Shown in pieces: positions 60,901 through 64,000 of a stretch of DNA of 64,000 nucleotides. The notes under the pieces are model-generated. The model made no database searches, was not told the DNA's origin, and was given only the letters and a program-made list of their open reading frames with translations. Source of the DNA: an uncultured Candidatus Saccharibacteria bacterium (GTDB lineage Bacteria > Patescibacteriota > Saccharimonadia > Saccharimonadales > CAZDBS01); NCBI GenBank assembly GCA_964635445.1, contig CAZWNK010000001.1:3422-67421 (forward strand). The letters run 5' to 3'. Made by a program: the position numbers and the translations under genes. How positions within the stretch are numbered: the first letter of the stretch is position 1; every line of letters starts with the position of its first letter.

Positions 60901-61926
60901 CTACTGATTGGCGAACGTTTTCGCAACCATATCATTCCTAGGCGTAAGTATTAGTCGAAGTGATGTAAGTATTCGCTCATAGCGCTCGACTTCACGTCGA
61001 ACTCTTTCATAGGGTGTCAAATTCGCGTTCAAGGTCATACCTAAAGCTGCAGAAATCCCGAGTAACGAGGCGTCGTACTCACCACCTTCTGCTCGAAGCA
61101 GCAATTCCACAACAGTTGGCTCCGGCCCCATTTTTGCAAATAATTGCTCCGCTCTCAGACTCTCATCTCCTTGAGCGCGACACCATACTTTATCAACTAC
61201 GATCTCCGGGATTTGATCTGTAGAGGCAAGCGCAGTGCGACCTACAACCAATTCAGATTTGCTCTTAACTCGACTAACTATAAGACCGTCGATGTGACGC
61301 CAATACAAGTTTGCCTGAAACAGCGTTCTCGGCGTGAAACTGCCTTGGGGCACATAACTTCCGCCCCCTTCCGCATAAAGATGGAGTTTTAGAAGAAGTT
61401 GTACTTCATCCATATACGGAACACGCGATATGTCATCGAGTACCTCTGCTTCTATCTCACCCAGTTGACTAACAACCCCATATCGATCTAAAAAGATGAG
61501 TTCGGATACTGCGGCAGGAGACTTGATCTGGGGAAGCTGGCCTGGCTTTTGAACCCTCCCACTATGAACTGATGGGCGTGTAACGACTTGGGGAAGAGAG
61601 AAAAACCTGCCGACCGAGTTTTTGTCAGGATTGTGCGGATATAGATAGATATGCGCCATTGATCCCGTAAATCGCGTACCACTCTCTTCTGTCCCATCGA
61701 ATAAAGCTCCCTCTCCTGGGACACTGATCACATACAGCTCAAGTTGTGGATTGGTTTTCGGCTCTGACTGCATCACATACCGCAAAGCAACAACCTCACT
61801 GCCTCGCTGACGCTCCATGAGTTCTCGCCAGGCAGCTATTTCCCCCTCTTGTGTCGGTTCTCCCTCGTTGTATGTGGTCATATCTGTTCGATTCCTGGGT
61901 ATTCTATACCTATATTCATGAAGCAT
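60901..61926 (-). CDS. Orphan hypothetical protein (start uncertain)
   Basis: 341-aa ORF filling the gap between gap and the RelA/SpoT gene; no recognised motif. Confidence 0.6.
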   Translation of the reverse strand: MLHEYRYRIPRNRTDMTTYNEGEPTQEGEIAAWRELMERQRGSEVVALRYVMQSEPKTNPQLELYVISVPGEGALFDGTEESGTRFTGSMAHIYLYPHNPDKNSVGRFFSLPQVVTRPSVHSGRVQKPGQLPQIKSPAAVSELIFLDRYGVVSQLGEIEAEVLDDISRVPYMDEVQLLLKLHLYAEGGGSYVPQGSFTPRTLFQANLYWRHIDGLIVSRVKSKSELVVGRTALASTDQIPEIVVDKVWCRAQGDESLRAEQLFAKMGPEPTVVELLLRAEGGEYDASLLGISAALGMTLNANLTPYERVRREVERYERILTSLRLILTPRNDMVAKTFANQ

Positions 61927-61991
61927 CTACGTGATATACACATCATTTGCTCTACGCTTTCTACCTCAAGAGAGCTATACTTTTATCCACA

Positions 61992-63467
61992 ATGTACGCT
62001 GATGATCTATGCAAACTAGCACGTGACCACTATAGCCCTGAAGACTACGGACGAATTCAGAGGGCCATTGCAGTCGCCACAGAAGCTCACGATGGACAAA
62101 TGCGCGCTTCTGGTGAGCCGTACATCACACATCCTCTGAGTGTCGCTGCGATACTCATCGGCTGGCGAATGGATATCGACAGCGTGCTTGCCGGTATATT
62201 GCACGATACTGTCGAGGACACTGACCTCACGCTCGAACAAATCCAAATGTCGTTTGGCGAGGATGTGGCGCATCTAGTCGATAGCGTCACGAAAGTCAGC
62301 CAAGCACGCAGTGGGATGCGCGAGCTAGATTCGTACCTCCCGCGCACCAAAGACAACCTCAGTAAACTTCTGATCGCAACTAGTAAGGACCTCCGTGCGC
62401 TTATCGTCAAACTTGCCGATAGGCTACACAATCTTCGAACACTTGAACACCTGACGCCCAAACAACAGAAAAAAATCGCCAAAGAATCGCTCGAAGTTTT
62501 TGCGCCGTTGGCCGACCGACTTGGTATGGGTATCCTCCGTACCCAGATAGAGGAACTGTCATTTTTCTACCTACACCCCGAACAGTCTCAAAAACTACAT
62601 CGCGAACTCAAAGCTCGTCTTCGCAAAGCACAACGCCAATTCGAGACAATCCGACAAGAAGTCACGAAAACACTTAACGAGCAAGGCATCGTATTTGAAA
62701 TCGATGGCCGAGTCAAAAGCATCTACAGTCTCTACAAAAAGCTCAAAAAAGCCGGATCAATCGAAAATGTATATGATTTACTCGCGCAACGCATCATCGT
62801 CGATACTCCAGCGCAGTGCTATCAAGTGCTCGGGATTTTGCACAACCTCTTTCGGCCTATGCCAACACGCATCAAAGATTACATAGCCTCACCCAAACCT
62901 AACGGCTATCAGAGCCTACACACAACCGTCATTACACCGCATGGTGGCATCGTAGAATTTCAAATTAGAACCAAAGATATGCACGAATTCGCAGAGAGAG
63001 GACTCGCGGCTAGCTTCTATTACAACGAACAGAAGCTCGGCGAGGATTATGTAAACCGAAATATCCAGATGTTGCCACGTCAACTCAAGTGGGTTGCTGA
63101 GCTCCAAGAGGCAACCAAAGATCTCAAAAAAGGCGGCGACTTCAACCCCGAAGACCTGAAAGTTGATCTATTCAGTGATCGCATATTCGTCTATTCCCCA
63201 CGTGGAGATATTTTTGACCTGCCAGTAGGTTCGTTTCCGCTTGATTATGCATTCTCAGTGCATGGTGATCTTGCGCAGCGTGCAGCCGGCTTCAAGATCA
63301 ATGGACTTATCGCGCCTTTTGATCGGCGTCTGAATAATGGCGACGTCGTCGAAGTTATAACGCGAAACAACGTCAAGCCCCACGCCGATTGGCTACAGTA
63401 CGTTCTGTCGCCTCGCGCCAAACAAAAACTCCGCCACTACTTACGTGTGACGGAGCAAGTGTTATAG
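61992..63467 (+). CDS. RelA/SpoT (p)ppGpp hydrolase/synthetase (HD-SYNTH-TGS)
   Basis: GEPYITHP, LHDTVEDT, KLADRLHN, GYQSLHT, EFQIRT, TGS; ends shortly after TGS. Confidence 0.93.
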   Translation: MYADDLCKLARDHYSPEDYGRIQRAIAVATEAHDGQMRASGEPYITHPLSVAAILIGWRMDIDSVLAGILHDTVEDTDLTLEQIQMSFGEDVAHLVDSVTKVSQARSGMRELDSYLPRTKDNLSKLLIATSKDLRALIVKLADRLHNLRTLEHLTPKQQKKIAKESLEVFAPLADRLGMGILRTQIEELSFFYLHPEQSQKLHRELKARLRKAQRQFETIRQEVTKTLNEQGIVFEIDGRVKSIYSLYKKLKKAGSIENVYDLLAQRIIVDTPAQCYQVLGILHNLFRPMPTRIKDYIASPKPNGYQSLHTTVITPHGGIVEFQIRTKDMHEFAERGLAASFYYNEQKLGEDYVNRNIQMLPRQLKWVAELQEATKDLKKGGDFNPEDLKVDLFSDRIFVYSPRGDIFDLPVGSFPLDYAFSVHGDLAQRAAGFKINGLIAPFDRRLNNGDVVEVITRNNVKPHADWLQYVLSPRAKQKLRHYLRVTEQVL

Positions 63468-63474
63468 AGATGCC

Positions 63475-63999
63475 CTATTTGCGAGATTCTTGATATCGCT
63501 GTATGCACTCCTCGAGAACCTTGGCGGCTGCTTGCTGGTCTCCCCAGCCAGTGATCTCTACTTTGTCACCTTTGAGGTCTTTGTAGTGTTCAAAATAGTG
63601 CTGAGTAGACTTTTTGAACTGCTCACCAAGATCATCAACCGTTTTGATATGATCTTTGCTTTTGTCACTCTTGATCACACCGATGAGTTTATTGTCTACC
63701 TCGCCTGAGTCATTCATGTACATGACACCCAAGACGCGCATCTCGGCCACCATCCCCGTAGGGAGAGCGTCGTCTGTGACAAGTAGAATATCGAGCGCAT
63801 CATTGTCCTCATCAAGCGTACTCGGGATAAATCCATAGTCTGTCGGTGATCCCAAATGCGTCTGATGGATACGATCGATGAAAAAGTACCCGTATTCTGC
63901 ATTGTATTCTACCTTGAGGCGTGAACCTTTTGGATTTTCAATCACGACATTGACAACAGCAGGAGCATCATCTCCCACTGGCAATTGCGTTAAGTTCAT
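63475..63999 (-). CDS. ppa: Inorganic pyrophosphatase, family I
   Basis: YGFIPSTL.EDNDALD, D.GEVDNK, FEHYKDL. Confidence 0.95.
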   Translation of the reverse strand: MNLTQLPVGDDAPAVVNVVIENPKGSRLKVEYNAEYGYFFIDRIHQTHLGSPTDYGFIPSTLDEDNDALDILLVTDDALPTGMVAEMRVLGVMYMNDSGEVDNKLIGVIKSDKSKDHIKTVDDLGEQFKKSTQHYFEHYKDLKGDKVEITGWGDQQAAAKVLEECIQRYQESRK

Positions 64000-64000
64000 A

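Overview
This window is a core-genome stretch of a small-genome bacterium. Gene content and protein style suggest Saccharibacteria/TM7 (CPR); that assignment is inference. It carries rpsG-rpsL-rpoC-rpoB, clpP, tig, hisS, an ABC-2 exporter, tRNA-Leu, recG, tyrS, a class A PBP, radA, clpC, nusA, two FemAB genes, rnhB, rplS, pilB, dnaE, gatCAB, uvrB, a pentose-phosphate/glycolysis cluster, a RelA/SpoT gene and ppa. The standout feature is a ~1 kb 'intergenic' region (about 52700-53742, + strand). It has its own sigma70 promoter and is tiled end to end by structured RNA domains: one canonical tRNA-Gly, two aberrant tRNA-like elements (one with an AAA anticodon), an oversized cloverleaf and several long stem-closed domains. 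It ends in a type III hammerhead ribozyme with a full consensus core. Other notable items are an unannotated His-rich leader-peptide attenuator before hisS, a covarying hairpin/mirror-repeat (triplex-like) element in three copies (two of them flanking an orphan gene), CIRCE operators at clpP and clpC, a terminator in the nusA leader, loss of both Zn-binding Cys clusters in RpoC, and widespread leaderless-type promoters. All structures were folded by eye; no searches were run.
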